This document shows positions 13,320 through 27,331 of a stretch of DNA of 64,000 nt, in pieces. The DNA is from the human T2T-CHM13v2.0 reference genome, Homo sapiens: the NCBI RefSeq assembly GCF_009914755.1, contig NC_060925.1; one strand, 5' to 3'. The first letter of the stretch is position 1. Each line of letters starts with the position of its first letter. A program made the position numbers and the translations under genes. Under the pieces are notes generated by a model that saw nothing but the letters and a program-made list of their open reading frames with translations, ran no database searches and had not been told where the DNA came from.

Positions 13320-13550
13320 TAACAATAGCTAGAATTTATTGAGCCAATCATTTTTACATGCACCATTTTATTTAACCCTCACAATAACCCTATCTAATAG
13401 ACATTCTTCTAATTATTATTCCCATTTTACTGATGAAGAAACTGAGGCTCAAAGAGGTTACATAACTGGCCCAAAGTCATACAGTGAGCAAGTACAGAAG
13501 TGGAAATCTGAGCTTGCAACTGACTCCAGAGCTGGTCTCAGCCACTCTGT
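13320..13550 (-). mobile_element. MIR
   Basis: cccattttactgatgaagaaactgaggctcaaagaggttacataactggcccaaagtcatacag. Confidence 0.85.
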
Positions 13551-14054
13551 GGCCTGCATTGCTCCAGTAGCAGATGGGTCTGATAGAAGAGCATGTTGGC
13601 CCTGTGTACTTGTGAACAGCATGCAGGATGGAGAGAAAGGGGACAGTCCTGGAAGCAGGGACTCAGAAGCAGCCTCAATCCAGTTGGGAAGGAATCAGGG
13701 TTTTGAATAGGATGGTAACAGTCCATGTCGCAAAGATGAGGCCAATTTACCATATGAAACAATTTTGAGCTTTTGGATAAATGGCACAGTCACTGGCTGA
13801 GACAGGAGGTAGCATTACTGTGGGCAGCAACAAGTTTAGGGAGCTCTCTAAACTTTCCTATTTCTCTTTATGAAAGCAAAAGACCAGAAAATTATCTATA
13901 ATTACTGAGCCATCAGCACTTAATTACAGCATCTCTTGCATGGGCCAACATGGCAAATGACTTCACACCACTAATGAGTGTCCTGAGCTCCTCTTCCCAC
14001 TCCCAGTTTGACCTGGAATACACTGGCACGAACAGCCCTTCCAGTCCACTCTAT

Positions 14055-14310
14055 ACAGCAGAGGTATCAGAGTACAGGCTGTGTGGCCAGACAGACCTGT
14101 GTTCAGATCCTGTCCCCACCACTCACTAACTGAGGAACTTTAGACACTATTCAACTTCTCTGAGCCACAGTTTCCTCATCTGTAAAATGGGGGCTGTAAA
14201 ATACATCAGTCCTGGGGAATGTCAGGATAAAATAAAAAGATAAATGCATAACATCTAGGACAATGCCTAACATATAATAAGCACTCTTTTAAAAAGCTAT
14301 TATTATTGTA
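14055..14310 (+). mobile_element. MIR
   Basis: ccagacagacctgtgttcagatcctg...tctctgagccacagtttcctcatctgtaaaatgggg. Confidence 0.85.
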
Positions 14311-15034
14311 TATTTCCACCCCTTCATCTGACTCATTTGAAGCTGAAAGAGGAAGAGGCAAACCGAGTGAAATTGCTTACATAAAAGCCAGATAGAGCCT
14401 GGCTATTCCACCGAAGGCAATAATTATAAAGCTGCTTCAGAGCACAGAGAGTTCCAAGAATGGAATACGCATTTGAAACAAGTTCATTAAAAAATTGCTT
14501 ACTCATAAAAGCTACTATCGTTATAGCCTGACAAATGGAAGACACGACACTAATAAATAAGGAGCCGGTGGTAAACAAGCTGACTACACCAAGAATCCCT
14601 TGATTTCTCTCTTCCCCATCCTTCAACTGTTTCTTAATCTTTTATGGGCTTATAATGACAAGTTCAGGTGGGTTTTATGTGCCTGTTTACTCTGAGTTTT
14701 CTCCAAACTCCAAATGGAAGGGAAGAAGCCTCCAGGCTTCTCTACTTAGTCTCCCAGAATGGAATGAGGCAGTCTCGGCACCCAGCAGGCCTGGCTGCCA
14801 CCTCTTTGCACCACAGAGTCAGCTCAGGCCTTTCCTCACCTCCACATCCTATCTAGAGACCTCTAAACCCTCACACCTTTGCACCAATGCATCTCCTCCT
14901 GCCTCATGGGTCCATTCCAAGGAGAGTGTCCTGCTGTTTTGCGGGACACTCTCCCAGTCAGTGTCCCGCTGTTTTTCCCTTCCAGTCAGTGTCCTGCTGT
15001 TTTGCCCCAGCCCAAATAGATCACATTCTCAGTT

Positions 15035-15260
15035 GTGGAATGAGTCCCTAACAGAAAGTCAGGAGACTGGGATGATTATGCAGTCCAGATGCTTACTAGC
15101 TGGACATTGCCACTCAACTTCCCTGAGTCTCAGTTTTGCTGTCTATAACCTGGGGATAACAATACTTCCCTCACAGTGTTCCAGCAGAGGTTAAATAAGT
15201 TTATAGTGACAAACTTGCCCTATGGAGTGTCTGGCACATGTGGCAGATGTTGCAGTTACT
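15035..15260 (+). mobile_element. MIR
   Basis: agtcaggagactggg...ccctgagtctcagttttgctgtctataacctggggataacaatac. Confidence 0.7.
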
Positions 15261-16954
15261 CAGTGGCAATAATTCAGCACCCTGTATCTGAGCTCCGTCC
15301 TGTGATCTTGGGTGTGGGGGTGGCAATGAAAAGAGAGGAGAATGCCCACAACGGTCTACCCTCAGAGTTTTGACTCACCATGCAATCAAGAGACTTCAAC
15401 TTGCTTTCAAAGAGTTTCTAAGTGCAGATATGACCTAAGGAAATGGGGTGAAGAGAGTGGGGTGCTGGTACCCTCCCCTGCACTCACCTGCCTCCGCCCT
15501 GCCCCAGCCCTGCAGGACTTGACTATGTCTTGCTCCCTTGCCAAAAAAGGACAGCAACATCAGACAGGAAGCAGCTTAGCGCTTTCACAGAGCCTGGGGC
15601 CAAACAAACATGTGTCAGCATTTACCAGAAACCCTGGTAAATCTTACAAATTCTTACATAACAAAAGCATGTAATCTCTGAGTCCACATATTCCTTTTTC
15701 AAGCAAGCCCCACCTACTTGACTACTGTTTTTCAGGAGGTTAAAACAAAAAATGATGTGTCACTTAGTTACACAAATGAACAGCCGATTTGGACTTTGAA
15801 AAACTCTTAGGTATTTTGTAAAAACGGAGCTAAATACTAAGTAATAAATTTTGGGAGCCAAATCCTTCCAAAACAAAATTTCCTTGAGAATTGCCCTTCT
15901 GCGCATGGGTAACTATTGCTCTCAGAGACAAGAAATGGCTTGCTTGGATTCAAATATGCAAAAGCTAGGTTTTAGGCATCCACTCTCTTATTCTAGAAAG
16001 ATTTATTGAATACACACTATGTGGAAAGCATCATGCTAGGTGCTACAATACAAAGATCAAAAGGTTCAAGAGATAGAGGCAAGCTGTCTCTAAACTAAGA
16101 TGCTGCTGGGGACCCACTCTGGGGATCTTTTTAGCCTGACTTAGCAACAGGCCATGTATTTAATTAGAGTCTTCATTCTACTGACGCTTCCTCCAAACTT
16201 GCACCTTGATCAGAAGATAAAGGTCAGTCCCTCTGATCTCACTGTAAGCTTTTTGGAGGCATAAGAACAGGGTCTTTGTCATTTTTTTCTCCAGCACCAG
16301 ATGTAATGCTTACCCCATCCCTAAGAGGCACTCTGTCGGGAGTTGAGCAGGCCTCGGCTCCGATCACTGTGGCATTCTAAGCAGGTGCCACTGACAATGT
16401 GACTCAGTTTGTCTAAGCTGCAGTTTCCTCATCTGTGAAACAGAGATACTTTTGATCTGAGAAGGTTGGAAGGAGGAACAAAGCAAGGGTCTGGAAGGGG
16501 CTGGCCAAGAAACCTGTCATGCAGTCGGAGGTCAGCACTTCACGGGAGCTCCTAGTGTTAAATGTGGAACCACCCAATGTCCCCTGTGAGGGAGCTCAGT
16601 GACATTAGGGGCAGACAAAGATACTAGAATGGGAACAATCAGATTCTACAGCTAAAAAAATAAAAAAGAAGAAAAAAAAGCAAAAGTGAATTTTCTCCCC
16701 ATTTCACTAAAATAATATGCTCTAAGCCTGAGACCTTTTCCCTCCTGTCTGCTGCCTGAAACTCATTTCTCCAACAGAGATCTAAGCCACCATAAATCTC
16801 ATCAGGGGTCAAAATGGCTGACACAATTTTAACTACAAGCAACCACAGCAGAAATGGCGTCATTATTATCCCCAAGGGCTGCTCTCTGCCTTTTCTAAGG
16901 GACAAAAGAAAAAGTCATATTTTTTAGCCTGGAAATATAGGGATTTCCTGCATT

Positions 16955-16983
16955 CATATATATATATATACATATATATATGT
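16955..16983. repeat. (TA)n microsatellite
   Basis: catatatatatatatacatatatatatg. Confidence 0.9.
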
Positions 16984-17279
16984 AGTATTCTAGAATTTTC
17001 AAGGGACAAAATCAAGAACCCAGAAGCACAAAAACTGTGAAAGGAAAGTATGACCAGACATAAAGTTGAGCACTATTTCTGCCTTAAACAAACAAACAAA
17101 GAAAAACTCCTTGCTGCCATGCTACCCAAAAACCTAGAAAAACTATTTCTAAGTAATACAATCAGCTATGTCTCCAATCTCCTGTGACTCTCGGTTTTCT
17201 ACATTCTATAACCAGGTCTCATCTACGGCACTTGCTCCCTGACTGAGTCCACATGCTTTCCCCTGGGGAGGCACAGTAC

Positions 17280-18030
17280 TGCAATGTGATTCTGACACTA
17301 ATCACCCAGAGTCAGTGCAGACTTCACAGATGAAAGGCACAGCCTCCAAAAGACTGCCTCACTTCAGTCACCAGCCACAAGTTCAAGGGTCTTCAGACCA
17401 CCTACACTTCTGGCTGCAAATTTGGGGGTTTCCACAGCCCCCTCAAATTCAATAATTCACTAGAATGACTCACAGAACTCAGTCAAGTGCTACGCTTAGG
17501 ATAAAAGTTTTACCATAAAAGGTACAAATCAGAGCCAGTCAAGTGAAAAAAATACCCAGGGCAAGGTCTGGGAGGGTTCAGAATGTGGAGTTTCCATGCC
17601 TTCCCCCCCATGGACTCAGGTTGGTTCACCCTCCCATCACATTGATGTGTTCACCAATCAGAAAGGTCATTTGCACTTTGGTGTCCAGCGTTTTCACTGG
17701 GGTTTCATGATGTAGGTATCACTGATTGAATCATTGGCCAAGTGGTTAATCTCCATCTTCCAATCCCTCCCGGAGGTTGGACCAATATCACATGGCTCAA
17801 AGCACCAACTCTCTAATCACACGATTGGCCTTTCAAGCATGACCAGCCCCCATCCTGAAATTATGTAGGGGCTCACTGTGAGTCACCTCACTAACATAAA
17901 CCCAGGCATGGTCCCAAGGGCTCACTATGAATAACAGACAGTCTTATCACCTGGGAAAGTTAGAGGGTTTGTTTAGAAGTTCCATCCCAGGAACGCAGGA
18001 CAAAGGCCAGACAAATGCTTCATTATACAA
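17280..18030 (-). mobile_element. MER21-family LTR
   Basis: tctgacactaatcacccagag...aattcactagaatgactcacagaactcag...cccaggaacgcaggacaaaggccagacaaatg, antisense MER21. Confidence 0.8.
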
Positions 18031-18329
18031 AAGGAGGGAAGGCTTCAGCATCTTAGATACTAACAACCTAGACCCAAGGCTTGTCCCCCTGTTGTCACTT
18101 TCAGCAAATTAAACTCTCCCTTGCTGACTCCTCAGTCTCTTCATCATCTGGTACCACTATGCCTGGCCAATCTCATTTCTGCTGTTCCCCATCATAAAAT
18201 CTGCATCCTACCCCTCCTGGTCTATCTCAATCTCCCCACACAAGTTACAGAATACTGAGATAACCTCAGGCGTGCACATGAATAAGACCTGAGCATGGAC
18301 AAATAAGACCAGTAGGACCGAACCAACAT

Positions 18330-19381
18330 TAGTATTTAAAAGTGAGCAAAGAAAGAGAAGCCCATGAAGGAGTCTGAAGAGGTGGGGAAATCCAGCTGCT
18401 GCACGTGGTGATGGAAGCCCAGGAAAAGAGTTTTTCAGTATGCAGGAAAGGACCAACAGTGTCAGCCGCTGCAGAGAGGTCAAGGAAGATAATGACTTAA
18501 AAGTTGCCATTGGATTCAGCAATAAAGTAGTCATCTACAACCTTGCTGAGAGCAGTTTCAGCAGAACAATAAGGGCAGAAGCCAGCTTGCAGTGGGTAGA
18601 ATACAGAATGGGAAGTAAAGAAGCTGAGCGACAGATACAGATGCCTTTTTAAAGAGAAAGCGGTGGCTGAAAAGTGCCATGGGGCCAGCAAGGAATTGAA
18701 TATACAAGACGGAAGGCTTAAACATGTTTAGGTCCTGATAGAGAGAGGGGAAAAGAGAGAGGGACAGGGTGAAGGGACAGGGAAGAGAAAGGGAAAAGTG
18801 ATCAAGCCAGGCTGCTAAGGAGGTAGGAGAGAAAAACTCCAGAGGACAAAAAAAGGGATAAGCTCAGACAGAGAGAGGCTCCTCTTCCATAAAATCAGAA
18901 GTGAAGAAAAGAGGCATGGTGGCAGATGTAGGTAAGTTGTAGGTTTGATGGCACTGAGTTAAGGGGTGGGATGTTTCCATCTCTGGGTTCTACACTTTCT
19001 GTGAAGTAGGAAGCAATGTCAAATGCTTAACTTGTGAAGGCCAAATATTTGAGGAGTGGAGGAGAGTGAAGAAGGCACTGAAAATCTAGTCTAGAGAACT
19101 AGAGAGAGCGGTGACTAAGGAAGCCTAGAATGATCACAGGAGAGTGGCAGGGAGCAGTGGGGTCTGGGAAATGGGAGACAGTAGTACAATGAGTCTACAG
19201 ATCGTGTGGGTTTCTCTATGACATGCAGCAACACTGGCAGAGAAGGCTAATAGTTTGTTAGCTCCAGGGTTGAGGTTTTGCCATCCAAGTATGAAAGAAA
19301 GCCAATAGGGCAACAATATTAGCAAGACAGAGGTTGAAGTAAAATGAAGCTGAGAGGGTATGGTATGAGAAGGTATGACTG

Positions 19382-19417
<36 letters not shown>

Positions 19418-19700
19418 AGTGGTCTGGGAGTCCCTAGTTTTGAAATAGAAATAATGTCAATGATTGAGTACAAGAAGTAGAAAGATAGAAGGTTGTGGTG
19501 TGGGAGGTGACCTAGGGGATGATGAGGTCCAGGTGGGGTGGACGTGTTGAGAAGAGAAGATGCAGGAATGGGGGGGTCGAGTGTTGCTGGGCATCTTCAT
19601 GAGCCCAGAAGAAGCCCAGGATGAAAGCAGGGTTCAGATGGAAGAAAAGACTGTGTAACACATGCTGGTGTCATTAGTGAATGGGGAGAATGACTAAGAG
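18330..19700 (-). mobile_element. L2 LINE body fragment with reverse-transcriptase remnant
   Basis: Minus-strand translation PLQAGFCPYCSAETALSKVVDDYFIAESNG resembles the L2 RT motif QSGFxPxHSTETALxKVxxDL. Boundaries approximate. Confidence 0.8.
19385..19415. repeat. (GA)n microsatellite
   Basis: About 15 GA units. Confidence 0.95.
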
Positions 19701-19744
19701 AGTGTTAGATGAGGAAGAGGAAATGCAGAGTGGAAATCACTAAT

Positions 19745-20319
<575 letters not shown>

Positions 20320-22814
20320 TCACCACTGAACCCCCTAGGGCTTGTGTCACTCATTTAAGAGGCAGACCTGCCCTTGTCACAGTACACTGGAGACACTTTG
20401 GAGAGCACTGGCAATGCCAGTGAGCTTGAGCCTAAAAGCGGCCAAGACTTTCACTTGAATCATTTGGGGAGTGAAGATGGGGAGCAGGGATGGTGCCAAC
20501 GCCAGCGGCTGATGCTGAGATGCAGCAGAATTAGCAGTCTCCCCTTGAGAAGGCTACAGAGAACACAGAACACTCGAGGGAGAGGCAGGTGCAGATGAAA
20601 AGGCAGAGGGAGTGAAGTGGTCAAGGAAGAGTCTGAGGCTACGAATGAGTTTATTCACCATGGACATTCCAGAGGACAGACATAAAACTGTTGGTAGGAG
20701 CTGGGCCAGGCAAGGGGAAGCACAGGGTGATGGCACAGGATCGGAAATCACCTGGGGAAACATTTCAGGTGTAAGCGTCTAATGAGAAGTCTCAAAAATG
20801 TCAAGCTAATTACTCTTGGGAGCAACCTGGTGGTTGGGTTGGAGTCACTGACCTGGACCCTGGGCACCCAAATTGCCTTGGCACAGAGACCTTTCCAGGA
20901 CAGCTCAGGCATACCTAAGAATCACCTTAATACCAGGTCACCGGGAAGTGAGTCAGGCTAAATTTCAAATCCTCTTCCTCTGCTCTGTCCGTGAGTCACA
21001 GAAGATCAATAGGAGGAATCTCAGTCAGATTCGACACTGGTTATCCCAAGCAAGAGCCCTTTTTATAGCATTCTTACAACAATGAATTTAGTCACCTTGC
21101 GGGCCACACAATTCGCTGACAACAAGGGGAGAGAGGAGCAGAAAGGGAAGATGCCAAAAACATGCTATGTCTATTTCAAAATTTCCCCCTAATTTGGCTC
21201 AAGGTGCAGGAGAAAGGAGTAGAAACTCTCTACCTTCTCCTCCCTCACCACATAGATTCCAACTCCATCAATCTAAAACTCTTAGCAATACATTTCCAAC
21301 AAACTAGTATGTATTAAATGGACTGTTGTGTATAGGCTGAAAAAGCTGATCACCATATTAAAGGGCTAATTTGAAGTAAATTGTGTTCCAGATTCTAAAA
21401 ACCCAACTTGTAAACTCCAGCACACAGCTCATCAGTAGGGTGAAGGCTGCCTATATACTAAAACCAAATTTCTGAAAGCATATAAAAGTTTCAGCTTGTT
21501 TTGTTCAGGAACACTATCAATCAAGGCACCCTGACTTCCACCTTCTGACAATAATGACCCATTCGTCAAAGACTCTCTTTGTTCATCTTACAAACAGCTT
21601 CCTGCCCACGCCTCCCTGGAATCAGCCCAGGCTCCTCCTGCAGTCCTTTGGGAGATGTCAAGACCCTGTGGACATGGTGCACCTGTGGTTTTCACTGCAG
21701 ACCTGAGCCCCTAAGTAGGGGATTATTGGGGTAAAGGGTGTGAACTCAAGAATGAACAGGGCGATAATGCTGATCAGTGGGTCCCCTCATTCTACAACAT
21801 AGTGAAACATCCCATAGGCTCTCTATACCCTTCCCCTCTCAATAGCTTGCTATACAATCTTAAACAAACTCAAAGAGGTCTGTGATCAGGATACAACTTT
21901 CCTTTCAGATTTCCAATTGTAGATTTTCTTCCTCTTTTGCCTTTTTGCTGTTCTCCTCTTGTCAAAAAGGAGCAATAAAAGGAATTGGGAAACTCATACT
22001 TTCTTACCTTGTCTCACTTCAGTATAAACAAGACAATGTCTTATTTAAAAAAAAGAGGGTGGAGTGGTAGTGGGAGAGGGGAGAAAGGTGATATTTAATT
22101 TATTGGGGAGGACGAATCATTGCTGGAGAATGCCTGTGGCTAAATGAGACCATCAAACCAAGAGCAGAGCGGCAAACCGCATGCACAAATATGAAGTAAT
22201 ATCTTTCTACTCTGAGGGAAGCTGACACTCAATTTCAGAAGCTTCAGGCTAGCAGCCACAGCTACCTTCTTGGAACCATTTACAACTGCTTCTACTCTCT
22301 GCAGTGAAAGCTTAAAAATGCAAATGAAATGGGGCCATTTAAAGAAAAATATCCCTTCTAACTGTGCTCTGGGAAAGAAGAAAAAAAACCCTACAGCTCA
22401 GAGGGCAATCTTAAAGTAAATGAAACTCGGCGGTGCTAGCTGATGCCTCATTCTGATGGATAATGTGTGCTCTCCTCCCCCCTCCTGAGTTTAGAAGTAT
22501 TTAAAGAAAAGGGTGGAATCACCCTGTTTAGGAGATTAATTTCTTTTCTGAAAAAAATGTCTGTTTTCCCTGTCACTTCTGGTTTGATGAAGGGTAAAAC
22601 CAGAGCTTATTCTAAATGTTTGCTGCTGAAAATTACCAAAGGCATGTGTGTGGAAGGGAATGATGACGGGAACAAAATTCTGAAGAGATCAACTCCTGCC
22701 CCGTCTCCTTAGGCAAATCCATGCTTATGTTATCCTGGAAGCCATTGTAAAAGTGTTTCTTCAGGGACAGAGATTCTAATAATATGTCAAATATTTTTTG
22801 AACACTAAACACCA

Positions 22815-23015
22815 AGGACTGAGCTTAGCACTTTACATGAATTATCTTACCTTCAAAATTCCCTCTCCCCAGCAAGCACACTCATAGTAGGTCCCATTAC
22901 TCTACCCGTTTTACAAGCGAGACAAGTAAAGTTAGGCAGATCAAACAACTTGCTTACAGTGAAATAGCTGAAAAGTAGCCTGGCTGGAATTCCAGTTAAG
23001 ATTTTCAACTCCAGA
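22815..23015 (-). mobile_element. MIR
   Basis: agcactttacatgaattatct...cccgttttacaagcgagacaagtaaagttaggcaga. Confidence 0.65.
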
Positions 23016-23489
23016 GCCCAGAGCTCTGTGTGGTCCATAACATCCTCTCAAGGGATGTTCATTTTAATTCCACTCACTAAGGCTCACCAAATTAACATAA
23101 TTCAGGAAATGATGTCTCACTTTCATTTTTTTTTTTTTATGTTTGAAATGTTCACAAAACCACCGCACTGATGACACAATGTAGTCAGTGTTTGGTGAGC
23201 AGGCACTATAAACCTAAGGCTGAGGGAAAAAGTGGGGTTGGGGGCAGTTCACCAAAGGACATGTGGCACTTCACGCCCTTCACGTGCTTAGGATATAATT
23301 GGAAGCCTGTCTCTGACAAGCCACTTAACTCAATAGAAGCACCTACATTGATTTGGAACCTAAATTTTTCTTGGTGTGCAGCTCAAGTCCATTTTCCCAC
23401 TTTATCATGAGGTATTTGAGCCAGGCTACCAACCTCACCACTTTCTCTAATTCTTAGGTGAAGAGTGCAGTCCGAATCTGACAACAGGC

Positions 23490-23868
23490 AGAGCAATAAG
23501 AACTCTCCTACACTGCTGGAGGCAATGAAAATTGATAGAATCATTAGGAAAATAGTTTGGCATTATCTCAGAAATTCAGAGATGTGTATATCATACAATC
23601 CAGAATTCCCAACCTTATGCATGAGCACCAGAAGTCACGCATATGAATGTTCCTAGCAGCAGCATCTATTACAAACTTTTGACAAATGATCTATTGAAAA
23701 TAAATTAATTACAGCTGCATGCATGTATCAACATGGATGAATCTTATAAGCATAATAAGCTACAGAAGAAAGTCACAAATGAAAACATACCATATGATAT
23801 ACATGACATTGAAAACAGACAAAACTATACTATGCTGTTTAGAGATGCATAATAGGTAGTAAAGCTAT

Positions 23869-23900
<32 letters not shown>

Positions 23901-24150
23901 CAGATCATCACAAAAGTCTGAAGAGTGGTCATCTCCAAGAGGAGGGAATGGAAGTGATGGGTTAAGGGCATCTGAAAGGGTTGGGGACTTCTAAGATACT
24001 GGCAAATTCTCAGTATTAAACCTGTATGGGGACTAGAAGGAGATCCATTTTTAAAATATTTATTAAATTGTACATAGTAAAATGCATATTTGTTATATAA
24101 CATGGTCTTTTGCATGTATGATATATTATATATGAATATACTCTTGCATA
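23490..24150 (+). mobile_element. old L1M/L1ME 3'-region fragments
   Basis: ggaaaatagtttggcattatct...tcaacatggatgaatcttataagcataat...aaaactatactatgctgtttagagatgcata. Confidence 0.7.
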
Positions 24151-24409
24151 TGTTAATACATATCAAGAAAGTATGCAGCCTTACTCAATCTGAGGCACAG
24201 AGTAAGCCTCTGTTTTCATGTGGAGTTACAGACGTTCTGAAATCATTGGGATTGCTTCTCACCCTGAAATGTTCCCTAGAGCATGTCACCCTGAGACTGT
24301 CCAGTCCCGATTTTGATACTTACAGTTACAGGAAACTCAATACCTCGCACATAAGCCCATTCCTTCTTCTTTGTTTGGTTTATTCCATAGGCAATGGAGC
24401 CCCCAATTT

Positions 24410-24886
24410 GTTTTTCAACTGTGGTAAAATATATATAAAATTTACCATTTTAGCCATTTTTAAGTGTACAGTTCAGTGGCAGTAAGTTCGTTCACATTAC
24501 TGTGCTACCATCCATCTCTAGAGCTTTTCATCTTCCCAACCTGAAACTCTATACCCATTAAATAACAGCTTCCCATTGTCCTCTCCCCAAGTCCCTGGCA
24601 ACCACCATTCTCCTTTCTGTCTCTATGAATTTGACTACTCTAGCACGCATGTAAGTGGAATCATTATGATACTTGTCCTTTTGTGACTGGCTTATTTTAC
24701 TTAGCACAATATTTTCAAGGTTCATCTGCATTGTAGTATGTGTCAGAATTTCCTTCCTTTTGAAGGCCTAATAATATTTCATTGCATGTATGTAACACAT
24801 TTTGCTCATCCACTCATTTGTGGATGGATGGTTGGGTTGCTATGACCTTTTGGCTATTGTGAATAATGCTGCTATAAATAGGCATG
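24410..24886 (-). mobile_element. L1MB-type LINE 3' end, 5'-truncated
   Basis: tgtggtaaaatatatataaaatttaccattttagccatttttaagtgtacagttcagtgg...tggctattgtgaataatgctgct. 17-bp duplication at 24352-24368 and 24887-24903. Confidence 0.88.
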
Positions 24887-24909
24887 TAAGCCCATTTCTT
24901 CTTGACTGC

Positions 24910-26100
24910 TAGTTAGTTTTTCCTTATACTCAATTAAAATTTGCCTCCTTGTAACTTCTGCCGGTTGGTCTTCATTCTACTACCTTAACTTCTTGCAAGG
25001 CAAACCCTCTCCATTTTCCTTACAGGAAACCTCAAATATTGGAAGACAACCTTGACATTTTAGTCATCTCTTTTATAGCCCAGATACGACAAGTTCTTTT
25101 AGTCGTTCAATCATTCCTCATGTAACATATTTTCCAAGCCCTTCACCAACCTAACATGATTCTCTGGACACATCTTAGATCATATTTGCTTTTAGGAAAA
25201 CCACATGTCACTATTGTTTCATCTTTTGGTTATGGTCCAATAAAGAGTCCTTTACGTAAAAAGCCCTTGCCTTTTCAATATTAGCATCTGCAAAACTAGC
25301 TTTCCCTATTCTGTCATTGCACAGTTGATTTTTTTGAGCATTGGTGCAGTAGATTAACATTTATATGTGTTAAGTCTCATCTTCTTGAATCTGATCCAGA
25401 CTTCTAGTGTATAGAGATTACTTTTAATGTTTTCTCCATCACTCTATGTCATACAAAAAATTGGAAATCTATTTGTTACTGTGTTCCTTCAAATTATTGA
25501 TTTATATATTAAAGATCACATAGTTATAGCAAAAGTAAACCTTACCAGCCTCTCCTTCCAGATTATCAACACTCTTTAAATACCTAAATTCAACCAACTG
25601 GAAATGCACTTAACTTCAACAGTGCCTAATTCAGCTATCGTAGTCTTATCCACTAGGATATCATAGAACACCATGTCAAACATGTTATGGAAATAGAGAT
25701 ATTCTAGGTTTATGGACCTTCACAGATTTGCCAGTGTAGTCAGTTCATAATGGGTCAGTTTATGGTAGCAGTATCCGTACTGGTTGCTAGAGATCACCTC
25801 ATTCTTTTCTAAGCATGCATAAAGCATGAGTTTAATATACTGTTGAAGAATTCTATCAGATCCAAGGCCAAGTTTTGTTAGAGGTGGCTTCCAAAACTCC
25901 TTTTTCCCTCTTTTTGAAAATTAGAAGAATATTTTTCTATTTCTAGTATTCTGGGAAATTTTTCATCTTTGTGATGTGGAAAACAAGAGTTTTGAGATTT
26001 CATCTAAAAATGTCTTTATTATATGAGATCCAGCCACCTGGACATGAAGACTGTGATCTGATTCAAAATGACTACATAATAATATCTCTCCACCCACCCT
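24910..26100 (-). mobile_element. L3/CR1 LINE fragment
   Basis: Minus strand near 25670-25700 reads YLYFHNMFDMV, like the CR1 RT motif YLDFSKAFDxV; cattcctcatgtaacatattttccaagcccttcacca near 25110. Highly decayed. Confidence 0.55.
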
Positions 26101-26103
26101 TAA

Positions 26104-26440
<337 letters not shown>

Positions 26441-26778
26441 TTCCCTATTCTTGAAAGAGATTGAACTTCAACTTCCACTGGGCTTTCATCTTCTCTCATT
26501 TATTTGTTAACTTGACAATTTCCTCAAAGAGTTGGCCCATCCATTCTTGATCATTTTCATTGTTTTTCTTGTATATTTAAGTCATTTTTTTGGTTGAGAG
26601 AAGATTTGTGATCCACAGTAGAAACGAAGGAGATGACAGATACCCCGGCACCAAAACTGACACCAGGTTTTTGTTGCTTCTTCCACTATATAATGGAGAA
26701 GTTCTGTTTACTCTAGTTGTGCAACTACTGTTAACATTGGCTTAAGGAAACCCAAGAAACTGAATCACATCAAAGGTA

Positions 26779-27331
26779 TGTCAGAGGTATGTGAACCAGA
26801 GCAACTCCATCTTGAATAAGAGCTGGATAAAATAAGGCTGAGACCTACTGGGCTGCATTCCTAGATGGTTAAGGCATTCTGAGTCATAGGATGAGACAGG
26901 AGGTCCACACAAGATACAGGTCATAAAGACCTTGCTGATAAAACAGGTTGCAGTAAAGAAGCCAGCTAAAATCCACCAAAACTAAGATGGCCATGAGTGT
27001 GACCTCTGTTGTCCTCACTGCTACACTCCCACCAGCGCCATGACAATTTACAAATGCCATGGCAACATCAGGAAGTTACCCTATATGGTCTAAAAGAGGG
27101 AGGCATGAATAATCCACCCCTTGTTTAGCATATAATCAAGAAATAACCATAAAAACGGGCAACCAGCAGCCCTTGGGACTGCTCTGTCTATGGAGTAGCC
27201 ATTCTTTTATTCCTTTACTGTCCTAATAAACTTGCTTTCACTTTACTCTATGGACTGGCTCTGAATTCTTTCTTGCACAAGATCCAAGAACCCTATTTTG
27301 GGGTCTGCATCAGGACCTCTTCCCTGAAACA
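26779..27331 (+). mobile_element. MER41A full-length solo LTR
   Basis: Starts TGTCAGAGG...GAACCAGAGCAACTCCATCTTGAATA, ends ...CCCTGAAACA; 553 bp; 4-bp flanks GGTA/GATA. Lacks the MER41B GAS segment. Confidence 0.93.

Noticed and set aside
13936-13955. CATG-N6-CATG possible p53/p63 site
   Set aside because: Spacing is right but the flanks (TTGCATGGGC CAACATGGCA) fit RRRCWWGYYY poorly.
14921-15008. CRISPR-like repeat-spacer array
   Set aside because: Primate DNA, only three short copies, no unique spacers and no cas genes; reported instead as a local duplication.
14655-15194. 179-aa ORF, the longest in the track
   Set aside because: No recognisable domain or exon context; it runs through the local duplication and a MIR. 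ORFs of this length occur by chance in 64 kb.
18208-18691. Reverse-transcriptase-like peptide suggesting a novel RT system
   Set aside because: Frameshifted L2 LINE fossil; the same applies to 29459-29875 (L2) and 63543-63800 (L1 ORF2).
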